The notes under the pieces are model-generated. The model saw only the letters and a list, made by a program, of their open reading frames with translations, did no database searches and was not told the origin of the DNA. Below are positions 1 to 8,381 of a stretch of 56,751 nt of DNA, piece after piece (the first letter of the stretch is position 1; each line of letters starts with the position of its first letter). Location: IMG/VR virus record IMGVR_UViG_3300023210_000012; one strand, given 5' to 3'. Source of the stretch: an uncultured virus (IMG/VR IMGVR_UViG_3300023210_000012) (taxonomy: Duplodnaviria > Heunggongvirae > Uroviricota > Caudoviricetes). The translations under genes were made by a program, and so were the position numbers.

Positions 1-1530
1 AGCGTCACGCTCAAAGAACAGTGGAACAGTGCGGGCCGCGACAATGCAAGCATTGTGATGCGCCTCACTGAGGCTGATGGGTCAAATCCTCACTACGTTA
101 CTGGTTGGGATGGCAGAGAAACATTCGTCTGCATGACCGAGTCCGGCCTGACCTACGCCAACTACCACAAGCTCACAAAGATGACCCAGGACGCTGACTG
201 GGACACCACCACTCGCCTGATCGAGGTGCGCCAGCCTCTTCTCCGAGAGACGATGGAGCGCACCGACGTCGACATGCTGCTCGACCGTATCAAGAAGACT
301 CTGACCAAGAGCTCAAAGGGCCGTCGCAAGAGCCGTCTCCGGAACATGGAGAAGTTCTTTACCGAGAACGAGTGCAAGAAGGGCCCAGGCCCTGAGAGCG
401 AGACGGAGTTCGAAGAGGTCAAGGAAAAGGACGATCGCGTTCCTAAGGCCCCTGAAGGTGCGGGCTCCAAGAGTGAGTCTTGGGATATGGAAGACGAGAA
501 CGGCTTTGTTCATCGTCGCCCTCTACGACACTCGATGATGCACGTCGAAGATGGAGATGCCCAGCTCGACAAGCGCGAACTGGTCGACGTCAACAGCGAG
601 ACTGGCGGTGGCAGCGGTGGCGCTACTTCTGGTGGAAACAAGTGCGACCCGCAGATGAAGCTGCGCCAGCTGGTCCGCATGAACAAGGACACTGGCGCGT
701 TCAGTGAATCAGTCCGCAGGGACACCGGCCCTGGAAAGCAGTCCGGACTTGGCGGCGCTCCTCACCAGAACAGCTACCCGATCAAATCACCAGCTTACAA
801 TTTCGCCGACCACCTAAACCGCGCAACGACGAGTCACACGGGGCAGAAGACTGGACAGACTCCCTACTCCAAGCCTCAAGGGAAGGCCTACGACCGTACC
901 GGTGATGGTCGTAGCGGAAACGCCGAGCGGAGGGGTATTACCAGGAGAGCGCGTCGTTCTGGTAATCAGGCAGCGCGTCAAGCGGGTGATGCCGAACACT
1001 TCCAGCGCAATCCAGACACTCAGTATTCGCTCGCAGCGTCAACTGACCCCCAGTTGACCTTGCGCCAGCAAGTCGCCATGAACAAAGAGGGCAAAGGCGG
1101 CGGCGGTTCAGCTACGCCTGGTGGCAACAAGACCGATCCTCAGCTCAGTGATCGTGAGCAGATCGATGTTCGCAACGAGGACAAATCCTGCGGCTGTAAG
1201 GGCTGCGGCGCGAGCGGTACGAGCTATACCGACTACGCCGGTCAACACGGCAAGTGCCCAGAATGTGGAGCACGTCCTGACATCGAAGTCCGCCACGAGG
1301 GTCTAGACCTTCCTGATGCGCTGAAGAAGAAGTTCGGCAAGAGCAAGTCGCCTAAAAAAGGTAACGAGGGGTTCATGTTCAGCCTCATCTTGGGCAAAAA
1401 GCCTGGCGCGTCCTCCATGTCCGAGAACACCACGAGCCGTAGCCGTCTAACTCTGGTCCGCGCCTCTGGTCGGACGCCTCGTTTGGGTAACCTTGCCGCC
1501 ATTCGCAGCAAGGCCCGGACGCGTAGCTAA
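1..1530 (+). CDS. Large low-complexity hypothetical protein (frame open to window edge) with internal GGNK-DPQ repeats and a CxxC zinc ribbon; possibly virion-internal
   Basis: Frame of ORF 55..1530 has no stop back to base 1; repeats GGNKCDPQMKLRQ, STDPQLTLRQ, GGNKTDPQLS; CKGC...CPEC. Confidence 0.65.
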   Translation, partial: SVTLKEQWNSAGRDNASIVMRLTEADGSNPHYVTGWDGRETFVCMTESGLTYANYHKLTKMTQDADWDTTTRLIEVRQPLLRETMERTDVDMLLDRIKKTLTKSSKGRRKSRLRNMEKFFTENECKKGPGPESETEFEEVKEKDDRVPKAPEGAGSKSESWDMEDENGFVHRRPLRHSMMHVEDGDAQLDKRELVDVNSETGGGSGGATSGGNKCDPQMKLRQLVRMNKDTGAFSESVRRDTGPGKQSGLGGAPHQNSYPIKSPAYNFADHLNRATTSHTGQKTGQTPYSKPQGKAYDRTGDGRSGNAERRGITRRARRSGNQAARQAGDAEHFQRNPDTQYSLAASTDPQLTLRQQVAMNKEGKGGGGSATPGGNKTDPQLSDREQIDVRNEDKSCGCKGCGASGTSYTDYAGQHGKCPECGARPDIEVRHEGLDLPDALKKKFGKSKSPKKGNEGFMFSLILGKKPGASSMSENTTSRSRLTLVRASGRTPRLGNLAAIRSKARTRS

Positions 1531-1550
1531 TCACCAGAAGAGGAGACGAC

Positions 1551-1922
1551 GTGGGCAATCACGACCTAAAGTTGATGGCTGAGGATCTTGCTAAGCTCCT
1601 GACAGCGGCTCCGCGTACCCACGACGCCCCTCAGATCGATGAGTCATTCTTCCTCGCAGCCGAGCCAACTACGAGCCCAGAGCAAAAGGCTATCGATGAG
1701 CGGGAGGAGCTGCTCCCAGAGCTGGTTCGCTCGATCGTTGAATACGCCATCACAAGGGCGCCGGGCGCGGCGACCCCTCGCAGTATCGGCGAGGCTATCG
1801 GCGTCGGCGTCGAAGCAGCCGTCGATCAGCTCAAACTTAACGATGAGTCCGTTTCCAAAGCGGTCAACTCATTTCTAACCGAACTCTGCGCAACAGTACG
1901 CGCCACGTTGACGACGGGATAG
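1551..1922 (+). CDS. Hypothetical protein
   Basis: 123-aa ORF, GTG start preceded by GAGGAG. Confidence 0.7.
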   Translation: MGNHDLKLMAEDLAKLLTAAPRTHDAPQIDESFFLAAEPTTSPEQKAIDEREELLPELVRSIVEYAITRAPGAATPRSIGEAIGVGVEAAVDQLKLNDESVSKAVNSFLTELCATVRATLTTG

Positions 1923-1925
1923 CTC

Positions 1926-2234
1926 GTGCGCCGCTCAAGGCTAATGTGCCTAGAGAAGATCGGACTGGTCCATGAAATGGACTTCGGCTACGGGGCTGCC
2001 TTCACAAGTGATGGGGTAAATCCTGTTCCACCGTCTGGTGATCCAGCCGAGGACGAGAAGCTCCGCGTCTACATGATCAAGAAGGCGCACGAAGAGACCA
2101 CGGCTCGTGAGAGGCGCCTGAAGCGTCTCCGTAAGCTCGCCCGCATGGATTTCAAGATGGTGGGCGGCGTGGCGCCTGTGAGCGGCTCTAGGGGCGCTGG
2201 TGGTAGTTCCGGAAGCATGGGCTCCCGCACCTAG
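1926..2234 (+). CDS. Hypothetical protein
   Basis: 102-aa ORF directly after the previous gene; stop abuts the convergent dnaX stop. Confidence 0.55.
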   Translation: MRRSRLMCLEKIGLVHEMDFGYGAAFTSDGVNPVPPSGDPAEDEKLRVYMIKKAHEETTARERRLKRLRKLARMDFKMVGGVAPVSGSRGAGGSSGSMGSRT

Positions 2235-3275
2235 TCACCTCGATAACTTCTCATAGCAGCACCGCATGCTTCGTAGCACGAGAAGGTTGTACTGCTCACG
2301 CTTGGGCTCATTCCACATCGAACCGCCTAGGTGTCCTAGGGCAGCGGCGATCTTCATCTTCAAGTCTTTGAACTTGAGGGCGTCCCGTGAGAGGAAAGTA
2401 CAGACCGTCTCTCGGTAGCCGTCCGGGTCACCTTTGACGTTCTCGGTCTGCAGGATTTTGCGGACCGCATCCCAGTCTTTGTTGATGTATCCCGCAACAA
2501 GTTTGCGGATGTCCGGTGAACCAGTGCTCAGAGCCTCACCAGAGTCATCTGATCCGACGTTGTAGGTGCCGAGGACTACCTTGTCCAAGAGGTTCAGAAG
2601 GTCGCGGACTGACCCCTCGGCACGCATGAACAGGTCGTCCAGCACGGACTCTTCGGGGAGTTCCTTGCCTACGTCAGCCATCACCTGCTCGATCAGAGAG
2701 TTGGCCTGAGACCTCGTCACTCTCCTAAAGTTGATCTTGTTGCACCGGCCCAATAAGGTTCGTTTAAGTCCTTTTTTGTTAGTCGTGCAGAGGAAGATTT
2801 TGATGTGCTCGGGCGGCTCCTCTAGAACCTTATTGAGAAGCTCTTGTGCTGCGGGCGTAATCTGCTGCGCTTCATCGAAGATGTAAATCTTCGTGCCCTT
2901 ACCAGGCTGAAGCTGTCCACCGTACTGTCGGAACCCAGGCGTGATCGCTCGCATAGCTTCGATGCCACGAACGTCTGCTCCGTTGATCTCCATGTAGTCG
3001 TTACTGGACTCCATTGCCTTGCACGGAGTGCATTGGAGGCACGGCTTCTCGGCCTCTGTCGAACTGCAGACCGTGGCCCTGGCGATGATCCTAGCCAGCG
3101 TAGTTTTTCCGCACCCCGTCAACCCCTCAAACAGGTAAACCTGTGAGGCATTTGGGTCTGTGAGGATGTTCTTGGCCTCTTTGACCGGGAAGGTCGGGCA
3201 GATTTCACTGAGTCTCTGCGGCCTATACCGAGTCTTAAGGTCACCTTCGCCGCGAGCTTTGATCTTGAATGCCAT
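2235..3275 (-). CDS. dnaX: DNA polymerase III gamma/tau-like clamp loader AAA+ subunit
   Basis: RYRPQ motif, Walker A GLTGCGKTT, Cys4 cluster, Walker B FDEAQ, LCTTN, GRC at the SRC arginine-finger position. Confidence 0.88.
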   Translation of the reverse strand: MAFKIKARGEGDLKTRYRPQRLSEICPTFPVKEAKNILTDPNASQVYLFEGLTGCGKTTLARIIARATVCSSTEAEKPCLQCTPCKAMESSNDYMEINGADVRGIEAMRAITPGFRQYGGQLQPGKGTKIYIFDEAQQITPAAQELLNKVLEEPPEHIKIFLCTTNKKGLKRTLLGRCNKINFRRVTRSQANSLIEQVMADVGKELPEESVLDDLFMRAEGSVRDLLNLLDKVVLGTYNVGSDDSGEALSTGSPDIRKLVAGYINKDWDAVRKILQTENVKGDPDGYRETVCTFLSRDALKFKDLKMKIAAALGHLGGSMWNEPKREQYNLLVLRSMRCCYEKLSR

Positions 3276-3303
3276 ATAAGGTTCTACCCGAATGAGCGGT
3301 AAC

Positions 3304-3334
3304 GAAAGAAAGAGGACCCATTAGGCCCTCTTTC
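3304..3334 (-). terminator. Probable intrinsic terminator downstream of nrdJ
   Basis: Stem GAAAGAGG (3308-3315) / CCTCTTTC (3327-3334), followed by TTTCGTT on the minus strand. Confidence 0.5.
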
Positions 3335-3364
3335 CTTCCCTGCTCACCTCCGGTTGGGACCAAG

Positions 3365-6300
3365 CTACGGGAGAGCTTGCTCCGTGGATCCGAACGAGAC
3401 GGTGCACTGATCGCCGTCACAGTACTTCGGTGTCGCGTCGATGTCGTGTCCGATTCCAGTGAAGCTGGTTGAACTGAGTTTAGCCGCAGCTTCTTTGTAG
3501 GTGTCCACATCGATCGTGATGTATGGCGCCTGCTCATACCCATGATCGTTCAATGGGAGGAAGGACACCGTCTTGAGTCGACTCTCATAGAGCTCCAGGC
3601 AGCGCTGAACGTCGTCGCCCTCTTCGGGCTTAAACGAGACAGTGATGGAGACACTGTTGTCAGACCAATACTTCTGTAGCTTGGCCGCGTTTTCCATTTG
3701 CTCCCAGATGGAAACATCGGACTTGCCGCGCTCAAAGAGCTCGGCTTTGATGGGGAAGTAGATGACCGAAGTGCGGCCCGACTTGTCGTAGACGTCTTGC
3801 TCCACGCGATACCCAGCATTGCGGTATTCCTCCACTAGAGGGCTGTGAGCCGCAATCCGCACCGTACGGAAGTAGTATTCCGCGTGTTCGTAATGGATAC
3901 CAGGCGTGACTCCAGGTAGCAGCGATGTAGTCCCTGCGGGCTTGACCGTGGTGGTCTTGATGGATTTGCGAATGCAAAGCCATTCCGAGTAGAGCCGATC
4001 CGTCTTTTGGATGTAGTTGTAGCCCCGATCGCACCACTCGAAGTGCCGACGGCGCCCGTGGCGCTTGAAGCTCTGGACGATCCCAGACTGGCTCACACCT
4101 ATCCGCCGGTTGCGGAGCGTGACCATGTTGGTCTTGGGGTTATGCGTCGGGATAAGGGACACCGTCTTCGCGTAGAGGTAAGCGAACTTGAGGGTTCGCT
4201 CGAATTCCTCGTAGGAGGCGTGACGTGATGGGAAGGTCTCAACCAGGTTGCAGAGTTCGTTACTCTCCAAACTGATCTCGGCGCATGGGTTGAACCCGAG
4301 GACGCGGCTGTCCTCGCGAAGCTCGCCCATACGACCATACTTCCGGGCGTTATCCATCCACATGTAGCCCGGCTCACCGGCCTTAGCTGCGATTGCGGCC
4401 GTCTCGGTGTAGTCCATGCCGACATCAGCGAAGATTGAGTTGTTGGACGCCCACCGGTGGCTCTTCATGGCCTCTGAGTTGACCTTTGGGTTCTTAAGGT
4501 TGAGGAACTCGGTGTCGTCCTTCTCGCCGAACATGATAATTGCGGTCCGACGGACGTTACCAGCGACCACACAGACGCCCACAAGGTCGCACAGATCAAC
4601 GATCGCCTCAGAAGTGATCGGTTGGTCAATCAGGGCATTCAAGATGCGCTGCACCTCCTCAATGAGGCGAATCAGCGGATCCGGCCCGGACGCTGTCCCG
4701 CCGAAGCCTTTGATGAGAGCCCCGTAAGGGCGGACCTTGCTGTAGTCGATGGACTTGGGAAGTGAGCCGTTGCCGACGTATGCCTCCAGGATGCGGAAGA
4801 GTAGATCGACCCACCCTTCGCGGGTATCCGCGACGACGTGGACGTCATCACCTTGGACTGGTCGCTGAATGACAACCTTGCCAGCGCCACGGCAATCACT
4901 CCCGACGCCGACGCCGAGCATAGAAAAGTCCATGAGGTAGCAGAAGGGCTCTGCGAAGGCGAGGTCGATCTCGTTGGTGCTGACGAACGCGCAGTTACCA
5001 GTCAGGATGTTATCCGCCAGCGCAAAGGCCCCGTAACCATCTACGGTAGCACAGAAGACCTCTTCGACAGCGTTGGTCTTCTGCACATCAGACACGGTCC
5101 AATACCTAGATGAGGCATCGGAATTGGCGGCGAAGTTGCGCCGGTGTTCATCGACTAGGAAGAATTTCTCGCTCAACGTATCTCGCATGAGTGTCAGGCG
5201 ATACATGGTTGATTCTCTGCCCGTCAGGTTTGACTCTCTAGTCTGCTCAGAGATGGAGTAGCTCCCCACGCCGAGGACGGCGCACACATCTTTCACGAAG
5301 AGGATGTTTTCGCGGATGCTGCTCGACAGCGATACCTGACCCTGCTTGCTTACATTCCCATCAGCCGCGAGATAACCGGCCAACCAGCCGAAGAGGAAGG
5401 CCTTGTTCTCCCGAATCGATGGCAATTCCCGGAAACTATTGGGGATCCCAGCTACTCTGATCGCCCCGCCATCGGACACCTCGGGGGCGTCGGTAACTGC
5501 ACAATGTGAGAAGAACTTAGCCAACTGTTCATCCTTCTCACCGCAGAGGTACAAGCAGTTAGCATTTCGTTCACCGGGAATGGTGGTGCCATCTCCGAAA
5601 GCGATTCCGTGCGCGATGCCGAACGCCGATGGCTTGACGTTCTTGATCCCCTGCCCAAAGACATACTGGAGGCGATGAACCTCGGGCCGGAGGTTCTCGG
5701 TCGTGAACTCCGAGTGTCCCTTGTCCCGGTGCGCCTGTCGTCGATCCTTGGCAAACCAGCGATGGTCGGGAGTGGCGTAGATCTCCTTCTCCGCGCCTTG
5801 ACGCCTCAGCGTTACCCTCATCAGTTTCTGGTGTCCAAATGACCGAACTGGAGCGTCGACCCACTTGCCGCCCCGCGTCAGCAGCGTCTGGACTGTCCCT
5901 GCACAGTCACCGATCTTCTTGATCCCGTCAGCGGTGATGATCTCCGTGTTGTATCCGAGGCAGTTGTTGAGCGCAGCTGACCCGTGCTTTTCCACGTAGT
6001 CGGTGCCCATCATCCACAGCCCACGACCGCCAGGGAGGAACTTGAAGTCCCACATGAGCTCGAACATTATCTGGGCGCTGCGCTGGGCCTTGGAATCGAG
6101 CCACGGCAGGTTGAGGCGGAGGCAATGCGCCTTCTGGACCGTGTAAACGCCGTTGACGATTCGCTCTAGGCACTGCCAGAACTCTTCCGTCTCCAGGTTG
6201 TCCTCGCTGAGGGGACGTGCGTAAGTCCTTTTGAACGTGAACTTTCCGACTGGACCCCACTCAGGCTCTTGTCCCTCAAACTTAGCCAGGAACTCCGGGG

Positions 6301-6385
6301 CTAGCTTGAAGCGGTCACTGTCTCGGATGTTGAGCACGGGGCGTTGAACGGCGTTTGAATAGTAGGATTTGGTCCCGAAATCCAT
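3365..6385 (-). CDS. nrdJ: Class II (adenosylcobalamin-dependent) ribonucleotide reductase, RTPR-like, interrupted by an intein
   Basis: FKRTYAR, PGGRGLW, NNCAF (split by the intein), GNVRRTA, FNPCAEI active-site loop, TVKPAGT, C-terminal CDGDQC. Confidence 0.93.
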   Translation of the reverse strand: MDFGTKSYYSNAVQRPVLNIRDSDRFKLAPEFLAKFEGQEPEWGPVGKFTFKRTYARPLSEDNLETEEFWQCLERIVNGVYTVQKAHCLRLNLPWLDSKAQRSAQIMFELMWDFKFLPGGRGLWMMGTDYVEKHGSAALNNCLGYNTEIITADGIKKIGDCAGTVQTLLTRGGKWVDAPVRSFGHQKLMRVTLRRQGAEKEIYATPDHRWFAKDRRQAHRDKGHSEFTTENLRPEVHRLQYVFGQGIKNVKPSAFGIAHGIAFGDGTTIPGERNANCLYLCGEKDEQLAKFFSHCAVTDAPEVSDGGAIRVAGIPNSFRELPSIRENKAFLFGWLAGYLAADGNVSKQGQVSLSSSIRENILFVKDVCAVLGVGSYSISEQTRESNLTGRESTMYRLTLMRDTLSEKFFLVDEHRRNFAANSDASSRYWTVSDVQKTNAVEEVFCATVDGYGAFALADNILTGNCAFVSTNEIDLAFAEPFCYLMDFSMLGVGVGSDCRGAGKVVIQRPVQGDDVHVVADTREGWVDLLFRILEAYVGNGSLPKSIDYSKVRPYGALIKGFGGTASGPDPLIRLIEEVQRILNALIDQPITSEAIVDLCDLVGVCVVAGNVRRTAIIMFGEKDDTEFLNLKNPKVNSEAMKSHRWASNNSIFADVGMDYTETAAIAAKAGEPGYMWMDNARKYGRMGELREDSRVLGFNPCAEISLESNELCNLVETFPSRHASYEEFERTLKFAYLYAKTVSLIPTHNPKTNMVTLRNRRIGVSQSGIVQSFKRHGRRRHFEWCDRGYNYIQKTDRLYSEWLCIRKSIKTTTVKPAGTTSLLPGVTPGIHYEHAEYYFRTVRIAAHSPLVEEYRNAGYRVEQDVYDKSGRTSVIYFPIKAELFERGKSDVSIWEQMENAAKLQKYWSDNSVSITVSFKPEEGDDVQRCLELYESRLKTVSFLPLNDHGYEQAPYITIDVDTYKEAAAKLSSTSFTGIGHDIDATPKYCDGDQCTVSFGSTEQALP
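4994..5962 (-). mobile_element. Intein (323 aa) with LAGLIDADG homing endonuclease in nrdJ
   Basis: Starts CLGYNTEI, block B ATPDHRW, motifs GIAFGDG and LAGYLAADG, ends LTGN before extein Cys. Confidence 0.92.
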
Positions 6386-6810
6386 AAGGATCTCCCCGTA
6401 GTAGCTATTGATGCTTGGTTAGAGAGGGGGTTCAGGCAGTTGATGCTTAAGCTATCAGACTTCACAGCGCCCCTCACGACTCAGACATGATACTCCCCGA
6501 CGACACCGAACGCGGTGAAGTTGCTAAGGAGAAATCCCAGTCGCTAGATCGGTCTTATACCGACGAATGGCAGTAGCGAAATGAAAGATTTTCGAGAAGT
6601 TTTTGATATCAGAAGTGAGGTGTTTTTCACAATTTTCTGAATCTCTACTCACGCTTGATCTCTTAGTCCCGCTGCCGCCCTCAAGGAATATCACCCCCTC
6701 GCGGTCCGCGTCAAGAGTTCATTATGAGATCAGCGGCAACGCCTTTCAGCTCGGTGAGATGACTTAGTGCGTCGTAAAAACGAGCATCGATAGCTCAGCC
6801 TACCAAGTGA

Positions 6811-6825
6811 TGAGTCTGATAGAAT
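6811..6825 (+). promoter_or_regulatory. Putative extended -10 promoter (TGAGTCTGATAGAAT)
   Basis: TGn+TAGAAT about 35 nt before the ATG at 6860; identical 15-mer at 22149-22163. Confidence 0.55.
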
Positions 6826-6859
6826 ACCTAGAAGTTACGACCACCCTGCTGGAGCAGTT

Positions 6860-7651
6860 ATGGCCCTTCTAGATGCGATTGCAGCGCCTCGGCAGAGTGT
6901 GGCTTATCTATTCCCAGAGTTTAGCGGAACGACCAACCAGGCTGGCAAAGGAAACGGTAGCGGCGGATTTACAGCTGGGGCTAACACTAACGATGTTTTC
7001 GTATTCCAGTTCTGGCCCAGTCAAGTAACAGACAGCTACACGCCTAACTATTCAACAAAGCAAATTCCCGGTGCGAGCCACCCCCTCTTTCAATACATCG
7101 GCGGTTCAGGTCGTAACATCTCCTTCACCGCAAACTTTGTTGCTGAAATTCGCGAGCAGGAGGTTGGGAACAACGTCCCGTTTAACCAACGAATCCAGGA
7201 CGCGTCTGCTGGCTCTCCCACCAATGTTGAGATAACAACGGCTCGGCTCGGGGCTGGGATGCTTCCATCCTCTCGTTACAGGGTAAACGTGTCAGCCGCG
7301 TTGGCGGCGCTCCAACAATACCTCTACCCAACATACGGAGATCAGACAGCTGGAAAGGGCGTCACGAGACCGCCCAAAAAGCTGGTATTGGTGCTTCCTG
7401 GGACCAAACTCGGTCGCGCCAAAGATCAGGACGGCATCCTGTGCATTATGAAGGCTGCGAACGTCACGATGGAATCATGGTTCCCTTCTGGCGAATTGCG
7501 GTCCGCATCAGTATCATTGCAATTTGCCGAAATCGTCCAACTTACGTCCTCCCAGGGCACAAACGTTCGCTACATTGGCGCAGAGGCTTACTCGGCGTTG
7601 GCCAGGGATTACCAAATCTCCGCCCACAGCCCAACTGATCTTTCATTGTAA
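6860..7651 (+). CDS. Tail tube initiator / baseplate hub-like protein (contractile-tail tube N-terminal domain)
   Basis: FQFWP...YSTKQIPGASHPLFQYIGGSGRNISF and SASVSLQFAE resemble tube-initiator domains. Confidence 0.65.
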   Translation: MALLDAIAAPRQSVAYLFPEFSGTTNQAGKGNGSGGFTAGANTNDVFVFQFWPSQVTDSYTPNYSTKQIPGASHPLFQYIGGSGRNISFTANFVAEIREQEVGNNVPFNQRIQDASAGSPTNVEITTARLGAGMLPSSRYRVNVSAALAALQQYLYPTYGDQTAGKGVTRPPKKLVLVLPGTKLGRAKDQDGILCIMKAANVTMESWFPSGELRSASVSLQFAEIVQLTSSQGTNVRYIGAEAYSALARDYQISAHSPTDLSL

Positions 7652-7661
7652 GGTATAGAAC

Positions 7662-7991
7662 ATGGGACCTTTTGATTCGAGCGTTCGTAGTTACCGCTTC
7701 TACGTACGAGACAACGTCAGCGGCGGAACCGGTCCGACGTTGACCACTGATTTTGCGGACTGCAAGCTCGTGATCGTTGACAAAGGCGACGGAAAGACCA
7801 ACTTCGTCAGTCAGGGCATGATCATCGCCAATGACGACACCGTAACTGAGATTCAATTCTCGTTTGACGGCATCACCATCGAGGGCGACCTTGTGGCAGG
7901 GGAATCCATGAACTTCTTCACCTTCAGACGCAAAGTCGTCTACCTGCGCGGCGGGTCTGGTGGGGAAGAATACCGGGTCTGGGCCTGGTAA
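7662..7991 (+). CDS. Small beta-rich putative virion protein, paralog 1
   Basis: About 80% identical to 8004..8336 by hand alignment. Confidence 0.8.
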   Translation: MGPFDSSVRSYRFYVRDNVSGGTGPTLTTDFADCKLVIVDKGDGKTNFVSQGMIIANDDTVTEIQFSFDGITIEGDLVAGESMNFFTFRRKVVYLRGGSGGEEYRVWAW

Positions 7992-8003
7992 GGAGAGTAA
8001 TCA

Positions 8004-8336
8004 ATGTCTGGACCATTCGATTCGAGCGTTCGTAGCTACCGCTTTTACGTGAGGGACCTCGCCAGTGGCGGCATCGGGCCAGACCTGACTACCGACTTCG
8101 CCGACTGCAAACTCGTGTTCATCGACAAGGGTGACGGAAAAACCAACTTCATCAGTCAGGGACTGATCGTGGCGAATGATCACTCCGCCAGAGAGATCCA
8201 GTTCTCATTCGATGGTGTCACCGTCGAAGGCGATCTCCTCGCCCAGGAATCGATGAACTTCTTCACCTTCAGGCGGAAAATCGTCTACTTGCGGGGCGCT
8301 ACTGGAGACGAAGAGTATCGGGTCTGGGCTTGGTAG
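8004..8336 (+). CDS. Small beta-rich putative virion protein, paralog 2
   Basis: AAGGAG RBS; tandem duplicate of 7662..7991. Confidence 0.8.
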   Translation: MSGPFDSSVRSYRFYVRDLASGGIGPDLTTDFADCKLVFIDKGDGKTNFISQGLIVANDHSAREIQFSFDGVTVEGDLLAQESMNFFTFRRKIVYLRGATGDEEYRVWAW

Positions 8337-8381
8337 AAAAGGACTGATGCCTGTTAAGCTATAGGCCTAGGAGACGAAATC

